Positions 39,449 through 53,700 of a stretch of 64,000 bases of DNA are shown here, one piece after another (position 1 is the first letter of the stretch; the number at the start of each line of letters is the position of its first letter). The stretch lies in NCBI GenBank assembly GCA_051294905.1, contig CM119371.1, forward strand, positions 41,294,001 to 41,358,000. The letters are read 5' to 3'. Both the position numbers and the translations under genes were made by a program. The notes under the pieces are model-generated. The model searched no databases. It saw only the letters and a program-made list of their open reading frames with translations, and was not told where the DNA came from. The DNA is from Botryllus schlosseri (taxonomy: Eukaryota).

Positions 39449-40427
39449 AATCGTCAGCAACTAGTAGAGAATTGGAAAGAACATTGTATATCAACAATCG
39501 TATCTCGCCTATTTCCTTCCACTTTGTGACAATGCTGTGGGCAGGCCACGACTTCCAGAATATGTGGAATTTCCACTTACGTAGGCCTACGTATGCTGGG
39601 ATACGACGAATCGGGGTTTCAAAGATTCCCAGCGGCAAATACTATCGAAACTATAAATATTGTTGACAATATAACTCCCAGTGACGAGAAGGGTATAATT
39701 TTAGCATTACGTAATCATTTCTCACTACTCGACAAGAGTCATTAGAATGGATTCACAGCCTGTCGTTATGGTGTGTATCTGATGCAGCTTGCAAATATTC
39801 GGCATTCGATAAAAGTTCTAGATTACTACGATCAGAAGATGTGTAGCACATATTTTCGAACGTGAAGTGACCATAGCTATTGGGCGGCTAGTGATAACTT
39901 CATGGAAATGTGTAGTCCTTAACGGGTGGTAATCCGCACAGGCCGTGTCAATGACATGACTCAAACTTCATTGACGATAGGCTCGGGAGCTCGTGATAGT
40001 ATGGCTTCGAATATTACTATGCCTATATGAAAGTACAAGCTATACCACACGCTGACACATCGGAAGTGGCAACGTAATCAGTGTTACGATGGAGTCATAC
40101 AACGATATTTTTCCTACACGCGCAATCTATCTACACCCGTCCTTCGGGATACTAAATTACTTACTGGACAGAGCAGATAACATCAGCGTACTCGCGGTAC
40201 TTATTGCGCAGAATATATAGCATGCGTGATAGTGTTTCTGTCTTCTAATACTGGTAAACTGTTCGTATTGCGATTAGTTTGGTCCGGCGATATACTATGG
40301 ATTAATTTATTAAAGTATATAAAATACAGAAATGCGTACTATAGATTGTCAGAATGACCTACACTTTCTCGCTGATGATGAATTTTTTGGCAAAAGTAAA
40401 TAACCTGCATATCAACGACCTTATAGG

Positions 40428-40818
40428 TAGGGCTGGGCACAACGATTCGAGTGCTCGAATCTGAATCGAGTAATAATTTTAGTGATTCGAGTCGAGTAGT
40501 AAAATAAGACATTTTCTAGTGCTAAAACTATACGCTCCATGCTACTAACAGTTATTGTATCAACAAAACATTTTGTTTTGATAGTACTTTCCAATATGGT
40601 AGCTCGCAAAAACCTAATTGGTGGTATCATAGCATAGTAAACATCTATTACAGAGCTACACATGACCTTTGAGGTGTACAACGGGGAATATATTATTTGA
40701 TTTAGCGTAATACTGTTATGACGTCATAATGAGAGATGCTCGAATACTCGATTCGACTCGAAGCAAAATGCTCGATTCAGAATCGAATCACCCACGTACT
40801 CGATTTTGCCCAGCCCTA
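40428..40818. mobile_element. hAT MITE with TAGGGCTGGGC termini (second copy 63472-63984)
   Basis: Exact TSD CTTATAGG; TCGAAT/ATTCGA arrays. Confidence 0.85.
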
Positions 40819-41764
40819 CTTATAGGCCATATGTTTACTCAGGACTGGGAGAACATAAGCATTTTGTGGTCGTAATAACGCAGCGCGAATCATTTCATAT
40901 AGTGCATTTGTTTTAGATTTAAGTTCAATAGGAAACTCAGATTCGCAACTAACGACAGCAACTCTGTTTTCGTCGGTATAGGATAGAGATAGTTAAATAA
41001 GTTTGATAATATCGAATGATATTTTAGTCGGCATTTCAGTGTTTCTAAAAACGGCGTGTAATATTTGGATGGGTCAATATTGTCCAGTCTCTGATTAATT
41101 ATAATCAAAAGGGCACTTGAAATTTGTTTTTTTTTATGATCATTTTGTAATATCGCTGCGGTAAATATTATTGGACCAATATTGAGAGATTGTGTAGTCA
41201 ACAGCGAAACAGATTGTTGGGAAATAGTAGAACCAAATTAATCACTTATTCCTAATACCAGTTTTTATCTGTTGGTAATCACAAGTAGAGCTGCGCAAAA
41301 TAATGTATATCTTGAAGATTCGAATCCGTGTCGAGTAATATGCATCGAGTTCAGTTGAGCATTCGAGTTCCACTTACGATGACGTCATAACAGCAATGTT
41401 GACATTGGAAAAGTTGAAAGATACGTCTTGTTGAGGCTTGTTGGCGCTAACGGTAGAAATTATTTTTTGCAATTATACATTTCGTTAGCCAAAAAAGATC
41501 GACTTTCCTTAGTACAGTTGACGATCGATTCGGATCCCAGTAGCCTACTCTAACCATTGTGGCCTGCTCTAACCATTGTGCCAACCCTACTGTGCAGGGA
41601 TGTAAAAGTCATCAACTCCGCAAATATTGCAGTAGATCCCTTTGGGATCCCCTTATTCAGTTCGCACTTGCTAAACGAGTATATAACATGTTGTTGACAT
41701 TGTGGACTCAAAGAAATTGCAGAGCAATAGAAATAATCAGTTATAGCGGTGAAATACTGGTGGC

Positions 41765-44700
41765 ATGGACTTGCTGTTTGGAGCCTTTGCTGTGATATGC
41801 CTGATTCAAAATGCAACTTGTGCGGTTCCCAACTGTGGCGCGGGTTGCCGCGCATTGTCATCTTTACCCAGTGGGCCTGTTGACGACGGCGTCAATGATG
41901 GTGGCGTACTTCCTCTGGCTCACACACTTACGTCAAACACAACTCACACTACCACACAAGCACCGATGACGAATTCGGAGCTGTTTATGGAAGACTTATA
42001 TCCCACATCTGCAGACACGGTTTACGATGAAGATGATACAACGATACCCGAATTGAGATCGACCACAGTCACAACTAGTGGGCTTACCACACCCATGCCT
42101 AGTGGGCTTACCACACCCACACCTAGTGGGCTTACCACACCCACGCATAGTGAGCTTACCACACCCTCACCAACCACCAGGACCAGAACCTCACCCACGG
42201 ATTGGACCAAGACCACGGCCAATAGTCGAAGTACGTATAAAACATACCCTCTACTAGAAAATATTCCCTACCGGATTTTGCAGTGGCGCCAAAACTAAAG
42301 AGGCAAATTGGCAGCGTCTCGCCATTGAGATGAAAAATTTGTGTTCTGTTGCACCCGTGCCCACATGACTGCAGTTTTATAGGCTTTTACTAACTGAAAT
42401 CCCAGCATACATTTGGAATAGCAATTAAAGAATTCATTCAGCAACAGTAGCATTTAAACAGAGGAGTAATTGGAAACTGATGACTAGAAGAACAATGACA
42501 AAATGATACCTTATGACCTGATTAGGTGATATTTCCGCTGAAGTCCGGGCCCATCATCTTGCAACGCAATTCTTTAAGGCAGTCAATTCTCGATCAGCAC
42601 AACCAGAAAGATGATCAACACGTGCGTGCCGCCTTGTCTACAGGCCTTTTCTGCGTGCTTGAAGTCTGCCCAAGGACACTATTGCGGCTGTCAAGCAGGA
42701 TACCTCGAAGTTGCGATATCAACTGAATTTCAATGTGGAAGTAAGTAGCTAATTGCTTGGGGGGTATGGTATATAGAATAGTTATTTTGATAGCATTTTT
42801 TAGGGAGACATGAAATTAGATTATAAATCAGAGCAAACAAACATTTACCAAATTAGATTAGAATTAGAGCACCAGTATTTCGATCTAATAAGACCAATTT
42901 CAACAACTGGAATTATTCATTATCCAAGTCTGATTATGATGTTTCTGTAAGTGAGCTATCATACATCATACATCGTCATCTCATTCACGTAAGCGATGTC
43001 TTAAAAAAAGCCTAGAAGTGTGCCGTGCTACAACTAGTCGGCACCCATACGGAATCAAAAATAAGGAATATCAGCTTGGCGTAGATGACCATCGTTGTCG
43101 ACAAACACTATGAATTTCAACAACAGCAAAATACATTTAACATATGACAGTCTTTAGATACAATAATCTACATTCTACAACAATCTGCTATCTTGTCCAT
43201 ACTGCTAGATATGAAGAGTAAGATCTAATCATAAAACTATCATTTACAATACCTTACTTTTAGAGCCTTTGCTGTTGAAGCAAAAGTTTGGATTACCCTA
43301 CAAAGAAGAGTACGCAAACACCAGCTCCCCAGAGTTTCGAAGAATCTCCGATAACATAACTGAGATCCTCACAAGCGCCCTCAGAGAAATATCTTCCACG
43401 GTCAATGTCAAGAAGATCACCCAGGGTTCGGTTGTGGTCTGGTACGAAACTGCGACTGCGAACGGCAGAGAGCTTTCTAGCAAAGATATTCAAAGCTTTC
43501 ACGCCGTGGCCCTCAAAGACAATAATTATGGGTTAGGAAATATATCCGTCGAAGCACCAGAGATAGGTAAGAACGTCTGCGGTACTGAAATCCAACCATG
43601 TAATTGGGTATCTCTGTGCCCGTAAAGTAAGACATTTCTGTCTTGCTCTGTTATTCATTATCTAAACTCCGTTGCCACAATTCTGAACGGCCAATTCGCC
43701 TCTGATCCCACATCTAAATGGCGCCATGCGTATTCCATTCCAAATTAATCAAGTAATCATGGACGATGTGCTTCGAAACTATCGGTTGAGTGAGACTGAC
43801 TTTGAAACAAGCGCCGAACTGGAATGATAGCTTATTGATAGAGCCAGCGTTATGATTGACATCAGAGTTATGGTTTTAATATTATTTTACATTTATGTTA
43901 CGCCAAATTTGTATATATTTTAAATATTCAGTGACAGCTCCTGTCACCTGCTTGCCTGACGTCATAAAGCCCCATACGACTAATATATCAAGTTGGAATT
44001 TCGGTGAAAGTAAGCCGGGGGATTGGGTGCGTTCAAAAGAAAACTGCGAGGACGATGGTAATTATATATATAGTATCTCACGACTCACACTTCAAGCTTA
44101 TGGAATTCCCTCAGGTTACCAATGTGGAAGACCTCCTAATATAGTCGATGTAAAGAGATGGATAATAGTTTTTAGTCAGCTTTATTTCTGCATCCTCACG
44201 GCCGCCAGTTCATATACAAGAACAAGAAGGAAGCATGCATTGTCATGTGTTCACCAAGTGTCCATTTCACATAGTCGGTGCTATATGACACTTGGCAGGC
44301 CGAGAAATAACACAGTACCATCACAATAGCAACCAACAATCATATATATATACACCCCTAATGGGTTATCTGTCACAACCAAAATGTACTCCCCGTCATT
44401 CCTACCCGTTATAGTATTCGACACAGCTTCATTTAAAAGTCAGCAATTACCATCACTGACACTGAGCATACAGAGACAAACAGGGTTGTGTTTAAAACAA
44501 AAATCTATTTATTACAAACATTTTTAAAACAAGGCCCTTGTTTGAACCATGTTTTTATCGTTTTTTATTGTTTTATTAGGCAATGACGTCACGGATATTC
44601 AATTGTGACCGCATAGTGGATTGACATTGACCATTGAATATAGGGTAAATATAGCTCCTTTGACGAAATAGGCTTCCAACCCCTGTCATATACAGACCAG

Positions 44701-47700
44701 AAATATGTTTAACCAGGACTGATTCGTCATGCAGCATTTTTTTACGGTCGGCGGTCATCATCATCAGAACATGCATTCCGTACCAATGATATATACCTAC
44801 GTATTATAGCTGTTCAACAGACTATTTCGCGGGTTCCAACCATCCCATATCGTATACGTCGGCTACATCGGCTGGTAATCGTCCGTAGGCTCATACATCA
44901 TGTTTTTTGGAAAGTATTTACAAACTTATGGTATAATAAACATCTTAAAAAACACATTTTTTTGTTAAAGGCCTTTGTTTAAAACATGTTTTAAACAAAG
45001 TGTTTTAAACAAGCATTTGTTTTAAATGCAACCCTAGAGACAACGGGTATCGATCGCTTCCAGCGCGATGTGCATGAGACAGTTGTACAAACTACCAATC
45101 TAGTTATTTGAACATTTTCTTGGAGGCACAGAACTTCAATATAAAATTGAACTGTAGGCCTATATTCATATTGAAATCAACCCGAACATTTTCGGCTGAC
45201 ACTCGTCAGGGGTAATCGTCAGCAACTAGTAGAGAATTCTAGACAACATCGTATATCAACAAAAATAGTTCGTGTAGGCTACCATTTAACAATTGTACAT
45301 TGAACGCTCTCGTATTCGACATTTCATGCTGGTGACGTCGTATTCTGTAATACGATTGTTGATATACGATGTTGTTTCGAATTCTTTACTAATTGCTGAC
45401 GATTACCTCTGATGAGTGTCAAGCGAAAATATTCGGGTTGATTTCAATCTGAATATACTATTCAATTTAGTTATTTGTCGATCAGCTAACTACTATCTTT
45501 TGGGTAGTTCGAGTTCGAGTTCTAGCTGCGTATTTTGAATAGTAGTTATAGCTATAGTTCTAGTTATGTATTTAAATAAAATAGCTATCGAACAACTAGC
45601 AAAGCTCAGAGTCACGACTACTAACAGTCAAGAGCTGGGTTTTATGGGGGTCGAAACCTCTCCCATTTCAAACTCGAAACCCCGTCCTTTTGAAATACCG
45701 ATTTTATCTCCAATATTTCTTATCCCATTTGTAATTCAGTAAGTATTGTCGCAGTACTGCCAAGTGCCGATTAGCGATAATCGACAAATGCTTCGGGATT
45801 GAATCCAGTTATAGTTGTGGATATTTAAAGCTCGTTAGTTCTAGTTCCAGCTGTCAGTTCTTAAAAGTGAGTAGTTCGAGTTCGAGTTCTAGTTGCACAT
45901 TTTGAAAATCCAGTGGTTTGTGCTAGTCTGGCATGCGAGTCGATTGTTGCTGAAGAGTTTTATTCTTCGAAATCAGTGAAACCATCCCATTTCAATAACA
46001 GATCACACTGCAACCATTCGATGTACAAACGGAAGTAATGGCGCACGCTATGATCGGAGTTCTCTTCAAGAAATTAATTGTTCGGTTACATGGGAATCGG
46101 TATCGAAATACGTGAGTCGTATAACACAGAGTGTCATTTTCAGAAATAAGCATACTGTTAAAATTCAGCCTCAGGGGATATGCCTTATCCCAAGTATACT
46201 AATTTTTTATGGTGTATTGAACTGATAAAATTGCTAATAAACCGAACCGAGCTACAATTCTAGTTATCCCTCAAGTTTACCGGACCATGACATATCAATC
46301 TCGCCTTCCGACATATGCTGCCTTTTTGTCACTTGTCCATTTAGATTAACTTCTTTACTTTTCATTCAGTGTTCATGCCTTCTTTTTTACATTGTCTAGG
46401 CCAGGTGGCTGTCTGATTTCGAAGACTACTCCAAATCGTTTTGAAACCTACCAATATTTCATTGTATCGCAGGTCGCAGTCTTGTGGTGTATTGAAATGA
46501 TGAAATTGTTTGTCAATTCAATTCAACTTATTGCTAACAATTTCATCACTTCGATACACCACAAGACTGCGATACAATGAAAGATGGCGGTGGTTGGATC
46601 GCACTCGCTTTATAGAACACGCCAGGGTTGTAACCAAGTCACAAGGCTCCGAGTCACTAGTCAATCTCACTTTTATAGTTTTGACTCGAGTCAAATCGAG
46701 TCATTTTCAATTCACCACCGAGTCAAGTCCGATTCCAAGTCATCGAGCAGAGGGTCGATTCCGAGTCATGGTCCAAGTCATTCTGTTGGCAACTCAGTTT
46801 CCAGTTAAAGTCTTGTTAAATCTACGTTTTATAACTCTATTTGGTGATATCGAATGGTTCGCATTTACATTATTCTAATTTTCCTCACTTTTAGCAGTTT
46901 CTGGTCGTATTTTCAAGTACCAGTACCAATGACGAAATACCAATAGGTTTGTTACTTTACTATTCTTCGAAATTTCAATGAAATGTCGGTCTTGGCCGTC
47001 TGAGTCTCGAGTCATATGACTTGGTTTGAGTCATGCGAAATTACTCGAGTCCAAGTCGAGTCAATACACAGATTGACTAGAGTCGAGTCGAGTCATTTCC
47101 GTATTTTGAGAAAATGACTCGAGTCAAGTCGAGTCATCAGAAAATGGTGACTCTAGTCGCACTCGAGTCATTACAACCCTGAAACACGCCACTATTTCAA
47201 GCTCCATCCCACATCCTACTACAGTTTGAAAACCATTTGCAGCGCAATCCACGTCTCTCGTGTGGCTGGAAGAATATAGGCCCATGCGTATTGTCAATCA
47301 GAGTGGCCGACATGCTGCAAAATGCGATTCCTTGGTTTTTTACTGTCGCAATAATTGGCACGTGCAAAATAGCCTGCAACTAAATGGCAGTAAACGTTAG
47401 GTCACAAAGTTACTAAGTGGGACGCCGTCTTTAGCGAAATCCCCTAACATTCAAGATAGTTAGGCTGTTAGCGTGAGATGAAAATTGTAACTTGGTACGG
47501 TACCCAATGAGATGTGCAGCTTAAGGCGAAGAAAAAGGTTCAAAAGTTATACTTAATGAAGAAAACACCATGCATACATATTATTATATGTTATGATAGG
47601 AAAAGGGAGGTCAGCTTACAGAAGATTTGTTAACTGACTTCATGACTACTATGACAACCCTATCTTCCAAATATAAGGAATCGACTACTGACGACTTGGA

Positions 47701-50700
47701 TAAATTTATCGATCTTTATCACGACATTTCGCAGAACGTCGAGCAAAATGACATCAAGGTGAGCAAAGTTTATATTTGAAGAGAATCACAAATAAATTGG
47801 AGACGCCCCCTAAATTTGAAAGTATTGACCAGAACTACAATCCATCACTAATTTACTGCAATGCAGGCTTTATTATGGTAAAAACGTTTGTTATAATTAT
47901 TCTGCTAACATAGTGACGCATTAGTATTCAAGATTTGAGCATATACTTTACAGTAGGACGCGTAAGGAAGGAGATGGTCATATGACCTGATACCATCCGA
48001 TGCCATGCTCTATGTATATTGTATACATCTACTTGTAATGGTTGCGGAGTACCGTCTTCCTCCCATAGTCCCATTGGCAATTTGGGAGATAATAGTTATC
48101 AAGGAAGTTTCCTTTCAGGTTTCAGAATTAGCAATGTATAATATCATATGGGCAACGGATAATCTACGCAAGGCTCTCGACAGTACTGTGGGAGATCAAC
48201 TTGAGAAAGCTGAAAGCACAAAACTAATAAGATCCTTCGGAATCTTTGCGGACAACATCGAGCTTATACAAAACGTTTTAGATATCACGTCATGGTCCGT
48301 GAAATTTCTGGTGAGTAACCACTGTGACCTATAAGTAGAGGCGACACTGGACGGACACGACTCACTGCCCTTCTAGCACTGTATGTCGCTCCTACGAGAC
48401 AACAACAATGGTTCGCTATATCAGTGGTTCCCAACCTTTTTCCAACCACATACCATTTCAAGGTTTTATGCAGTACTCGCGTACCACCTACATAAGTTAC
48501 CTCGCCGAAGCCTGTCAAAAATGTTTCCACCGTGTTGAACTGCTGAAAGCAGCAAAATTCTTGTGGTCAAGTATACTAAAATGGAATTTGGTTAGGTAAG
48601 AATTCCAATGCTTTACGACTAGATCTCTTCGCCGTGGGTCGTCATTGACGGGATCGGCCTTACCCACGACGACGACGGCTTCAGAAAACTCAAAATCAAC
48701 CCCTACCTGAACTAACAACTCCCTTCGGTCGAAAAAAACAGAATATACTCGCGAACCACCTGGAAGACCTTCGCGTACCACAGGCGGCTGGTAACCACTG
48801 TGCTATATATGAACACAAGATTTGATAAAACTATGGTTACCACATTTTGAGACCCGAAAAAGAGGACACTTTTCCAATATTGTGAAAGCTCTAGCACCGG
48901 AAGAGAGAACTGGTGATTTTGAAAATTTTTCGACCAGTAGCACTATATTGACTAAAAAAAGGTCATCACTAGAACGTTTTTTACCTGAAAAATGGCAGAT
49001 GTTGACCTAAAGAAACAAATTTTCAAAAAGAAATTGATCTCACGTATGAAAATTAGGTGTTTTCGCACATAATATTAAAATTGTACTACTTATCTTAATT
49101 TCTGGTTGGAACTGTCGGTCCTAACGAAGTAGTTTGGCCTGAAAAAAAAAAGTTTTTTACTGAAAGACTCACAAATTTTTACACGAAAAGACTTGCATTT
49201 TAACGAAATGACCGTATGACGAATGGCCGAAGGAAGAATTCCAGTATTAGTCACATCACGTATTAAGGTAGAAATAATTAAAATTTGTTGTAGTACAACG
49301 TAAGATACTTTTCTACATTCTCGGGTAGAAAGTGTCTGTCCTATAGCTTGTCAAGAATGAAGAAGGAACGTTCAACCGCAGCAGTTGTAAGTTGAGAACA
49401 CTGAAGTTGTGAGTACACTGCTGGTGACACACCGTGTTGCTTCATTCTGACAATGTTTTCTACATCACAATTTTTCATCATGCGCTTCTTGATATAACAG
49501 CCATACAATGCCCAAGCAGTCTTGCTTCAATTAGGATATTGCGGTACGTTGACCAAAACACCATGTCAACCTATCAGTTTCATTTCACCGTATATGATTC
49601 ACAATGAGCAGACAATGGGTCGTCTACAACGGAAGGCCTATAAAGTCGGCTACAAGCTGTAAAATATCAAATGATACGTTCACTGACGTGAAAAATCTAC
49701 GATACAAACGAAATGCTGAGGTCAAAAAAATTTTGACTTTGTAAACAATTTTGACCTAACGCTACAATTTTGACAAAATTTTGACTTATTTTGACACGTC
49801 AAAAAAATCGTTCTATAGTCATCACTTTGACTCGACTCCCGAATTACCCGCTTTTTTCGTTGATTGTCTTGCCAACTCCTGACGTTCGCTGCGTCGGAGA
49901 TGAGTTTTTTATCGTATTTTAATACTTTTTTCTTGACAAAACAATCCCAAAAAGAGGACTTCATCATCATCATTGGTTTATTAGCAATTTTATCAGTTCA
50001 ATACACCACAAAAAAATGCGATACAATGAAAAGAAAGGAAGATGTCGAAGCGACTAGGCGTCCTCCGAGGACAGTTTCGATTTATTGAAAAAATGAGGAC
50101 AAGGACGTATGGTAACCCTAGAGAAAACTCTTACCAATCACTAGATACGGTCGTGCGATTATATGAAAACTTCAAGACTAGTATCCCTTTGAGATCAACC
50201 CTTGCTACGAAATTTCCACGGAGCCAAATTGCCGTAAATTGTCCGTATATTGGTTTCTATAATTCCAGCAATACAGTAATTACAACTTACAAGTCAGCCT
50301 TGCACTAAGATTGGTTTAATGAAAACATTCTGTATTGCCATCGAACCGCAGGCTCAAAAAGTCGACGGACGATCATCGGTTGATTTTACCGACGCGCCAA
50401 CCAGCGTTGCCAAAGGAAATGGGCGTAACATTACTGCTCGTGTGCCTCAGTCCGCGCTCGGGACACCGACTAATGCGTCGCGAAATGCCGTGTTCTTCCT
50501 TCATAAAGACACGACACTCTTTCCGAATAGTGACGAAGAGAATGCCGAGATGAGTCAGGTAGTCTAATTTAAAACGATGAAGCTCATTCGTTATATATTT
50601 CAAAACAACATCGCAAGTCTTTGATACAATATATATGATATAGCAGAATTGGAACATCCTCACTCCGCAAACTCATTTATGACCATGTTTCCGTGAGTTG

Positions 50701-53700
50701 TAAAATACTTCTATCTTTTACTATAAATAGCGTTTCATATTACGATTGTTTCATCACAATTGTTGATAGAGAAGGTTCTTTTGAATTCTCACCTTGTTGT
50801 TGACGATTATACACCAACTCTGACGAATAGCAGCCGAAAGTATGCAGATTAAATTCAATATGAACATATTATTCTATTGCTAATACATAATAGCTCCATA
50901 TTTGTTCAGGTGCTCAGTATCCAGATTACAAACGCAACACTGCAAAACCTTCCAGACCCCATCAGAATGTCCTTTCCGGTCTCCGAGCAGACCTCCGACA
51001 CAAACGAAGTGGTAGTATCGTCGGTAACATGAGACATAATGATGACAACCTCGAGCTTCGTAGTTTTACCTAATGATTAACAACAGGCAAGTGTAAGTGG
51101 ATGCAGTTTTACGACCCAGCGGTGTACATTTCTCGACCTTGAAACTGAAAACTGGGAATATAGCGGCTGCGAAACTCAATACGGAGATACACCGGAATAT
51201 GTCAGGTGTAGTTGTAATCACGCGACCAATTTTGCTGTGTTAGTGGTAAGAAACTTTTATTATGACGATAACTTGGGCCGCTATACCACTAATTCTGCGT
51301 ATATACCTCAAATTTGGATTCAGAAAACAAACAACGTCAAAAACAGTTACATCTTGGATATTGTGGGGGAGATTGGATGCACTTTGTCAATCGTTGGCTT
51401 GTTGTTGATGATTGTCACATACTTATATTTTAGGTAAGTCGTTTCTATGTTATTGACGCTAATTGGTCAATCTCTTTCGCATTTCTGTTGCTGAATGAGG
51501 CGACTTTACCTAATCAAAATTGTTATAGCCATGCTAAAAATGTTCTGAGTCATAATATTATATCTAAAAAGTGAATCATTACGTAGTTTAGATCTAGTTT
51601 TGTCTAATAATGTGAAAGCTGTGCGAAGTAGAAGTAGAAGTAGAATTATTTCGTCACTGACCATTTCTGCTACTGATTATTACACGCATCGCTTGTCCCT
51701 ATTTTCTAATTTTTCAGAATATAAATATTTCAGGTCCCTCCGAAAAAATAAGTTGAACCAGATCCATTTACACCTGTGCTCCTCGTTGCTGGTCGGTTAT
51801 CTCACGTTTCTGGCAGGAGTAGAGAGACCGCGCTCTTATGTTCCATGCCTCGTGGTTACTGCCGTCCTGCAATTCTCATTCCTTTCGGCATGGGGGTGGA
51901 TGATCACGGAATTTTACGTCATGTACAGGTTAGTATTATGTTAGGTATCCGTTTGTGTGACGTACTATATCCAGGGTTGCAACTAAGTCAACGGTTACGA
52001 GTCACAATTCAATTTCACTCGTATGGTGTTGATTCGAGTCAAGTCGAGTCAGTGGCGAGATATAGCGTATGGTAAAATCCCCAGCTGCAACACAAATGGG
52101 TTGAGGGTTCTTATCCGATCGAGATCGACTCCAGAATTCCTACCTTAGTGTTGGTGAATATACTATAGACATCAACTCACCACCGAATCAAGTCCAAGTC
52201 CAAGTCGGGAAGCAGACGGTCGAGTTCGAGTACTATGTTGAGACTCGAGTCCGAGTCCAAACACTGTGATCGTTGTTTAGTTTCGAGTTCAAGTCAGGTT
52301 CAACTCACTCTCAGTCTTTTTTTATATATTTTTTGTGATATCGAAGGCCTCACATTCCTAATATCCTCATTTTCCCTCTCTTAATACGTTTATTCAAACA
52401 GATAAAGACAGTTTTTGTGCGTTCAAGTATCAGCCCTGATACACGAGGCTTGAATAAGTAATATAGAATGTCTTGAGTCATATGACTTGCGGTCACGTCA
52501 TGCGCAATGACTTGAGTACTAGTCGAGTCAATGGGCTACACAAAAGGACTCAGGTAAGGTCGAGTAACTTTTTATTTTGAAGAAGATGACTCTCGTGTCA
52601 AGTCAAGTCACCGAAAATTGCAACTCGAGTCAAGACAACCCTGGGTTGGTAGATGCACCATCAAATCCAAGCCATGGGTGTTCGCAACTGTAATATATTA
52701 CCGTGCGAGGGTATATAGGTAATGCTCGGGTTGATTTAGTTTCTTATCGTTACTATATTCCATTTTAAGAAAATTCATCCGGGTGTTCGAAGACATCCAC
52801 GGTCGGTTTGTGTTTAAAGCCAGTATTTTGGTGTATGCCGCTTCACTGACGACCACCGCTATTACGTTCGTGGTTGCTTTCACTGTCGGCGATACTGTCG
52901 ATGGTTGGATCCCGTCCAAGGACAACGGTTCGTATATGTTTTATTTGTGGAGCTTGATATTAGCAATATTCCAAATATAGCTGTAACTATATGTATTACA
53001 AGTGTACGAGGACTCTACCTTGGTGGATCTTTGAAGTACCTATAGTTTGGAGAGGAGCTTAAGTGTATATTAACATCTAATGCTTGAGAAATCAGTATAC
53101 ACCGTACTATTATGAAAAGTCGTCACTCATTTAAATATGATGAGATAATTGGATCCACGAATTGCTCGAATGAAACCCAGGGGTTGTCGGTAAAGAAGTA
53201 CCTTTACTTTTCCGAAGTACTCACGTAGGTTTTGCTCTACTTACACAAGTACTTATGTTTGTAGGCTACTTCCACTTCTCCTTAGCATAGTTTTCAGGTT
53301 TTTTTTTCAGCAAAATTGTATAGTAGGCTACTAGAATACTTACTTGGTACTCAAGTGAAAGTATATGTAACGTCGTAAATCTATGTACTCAGTCGCAATT
53401 AGAAGTAGCGAACCCGGCATAAGTAGAAAATCAAGTATTTTAGGCCTGTTTTCGGTAAGGCTGACAGATGATGATATCTTTTTCAGATCCGCTGTGCTGG
53501 AAATCATCGTACGCGGGCGACAGGCTCTGTTGGCTGCACTCGTATGCGTTGTATTTCGGGTTCCTGGTGCCTGTTGGTATCATGTTCGCTATCAATTTCG
53601 TGGGATTCATAGTGATCATGCACAAGATCAACCTGAAAAGGCCGAACGTAAGATTTCATTCCATCGTACATTCGTGGATATTACACAGGTCAAATGAGAT

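Noticed and set aside
39700..39870. Candidate terminal exon for the LDLa/VWA unit
   Set aside because: Possible acceptors give short frames with no recognisable motif; unsupported without RNA data, though not excluded.
40890..41201. 103-aa AT-rich minus-strand ORF
   Set aside because: Non-ATG start and no motif recognised; may be a decayed TE fragment.
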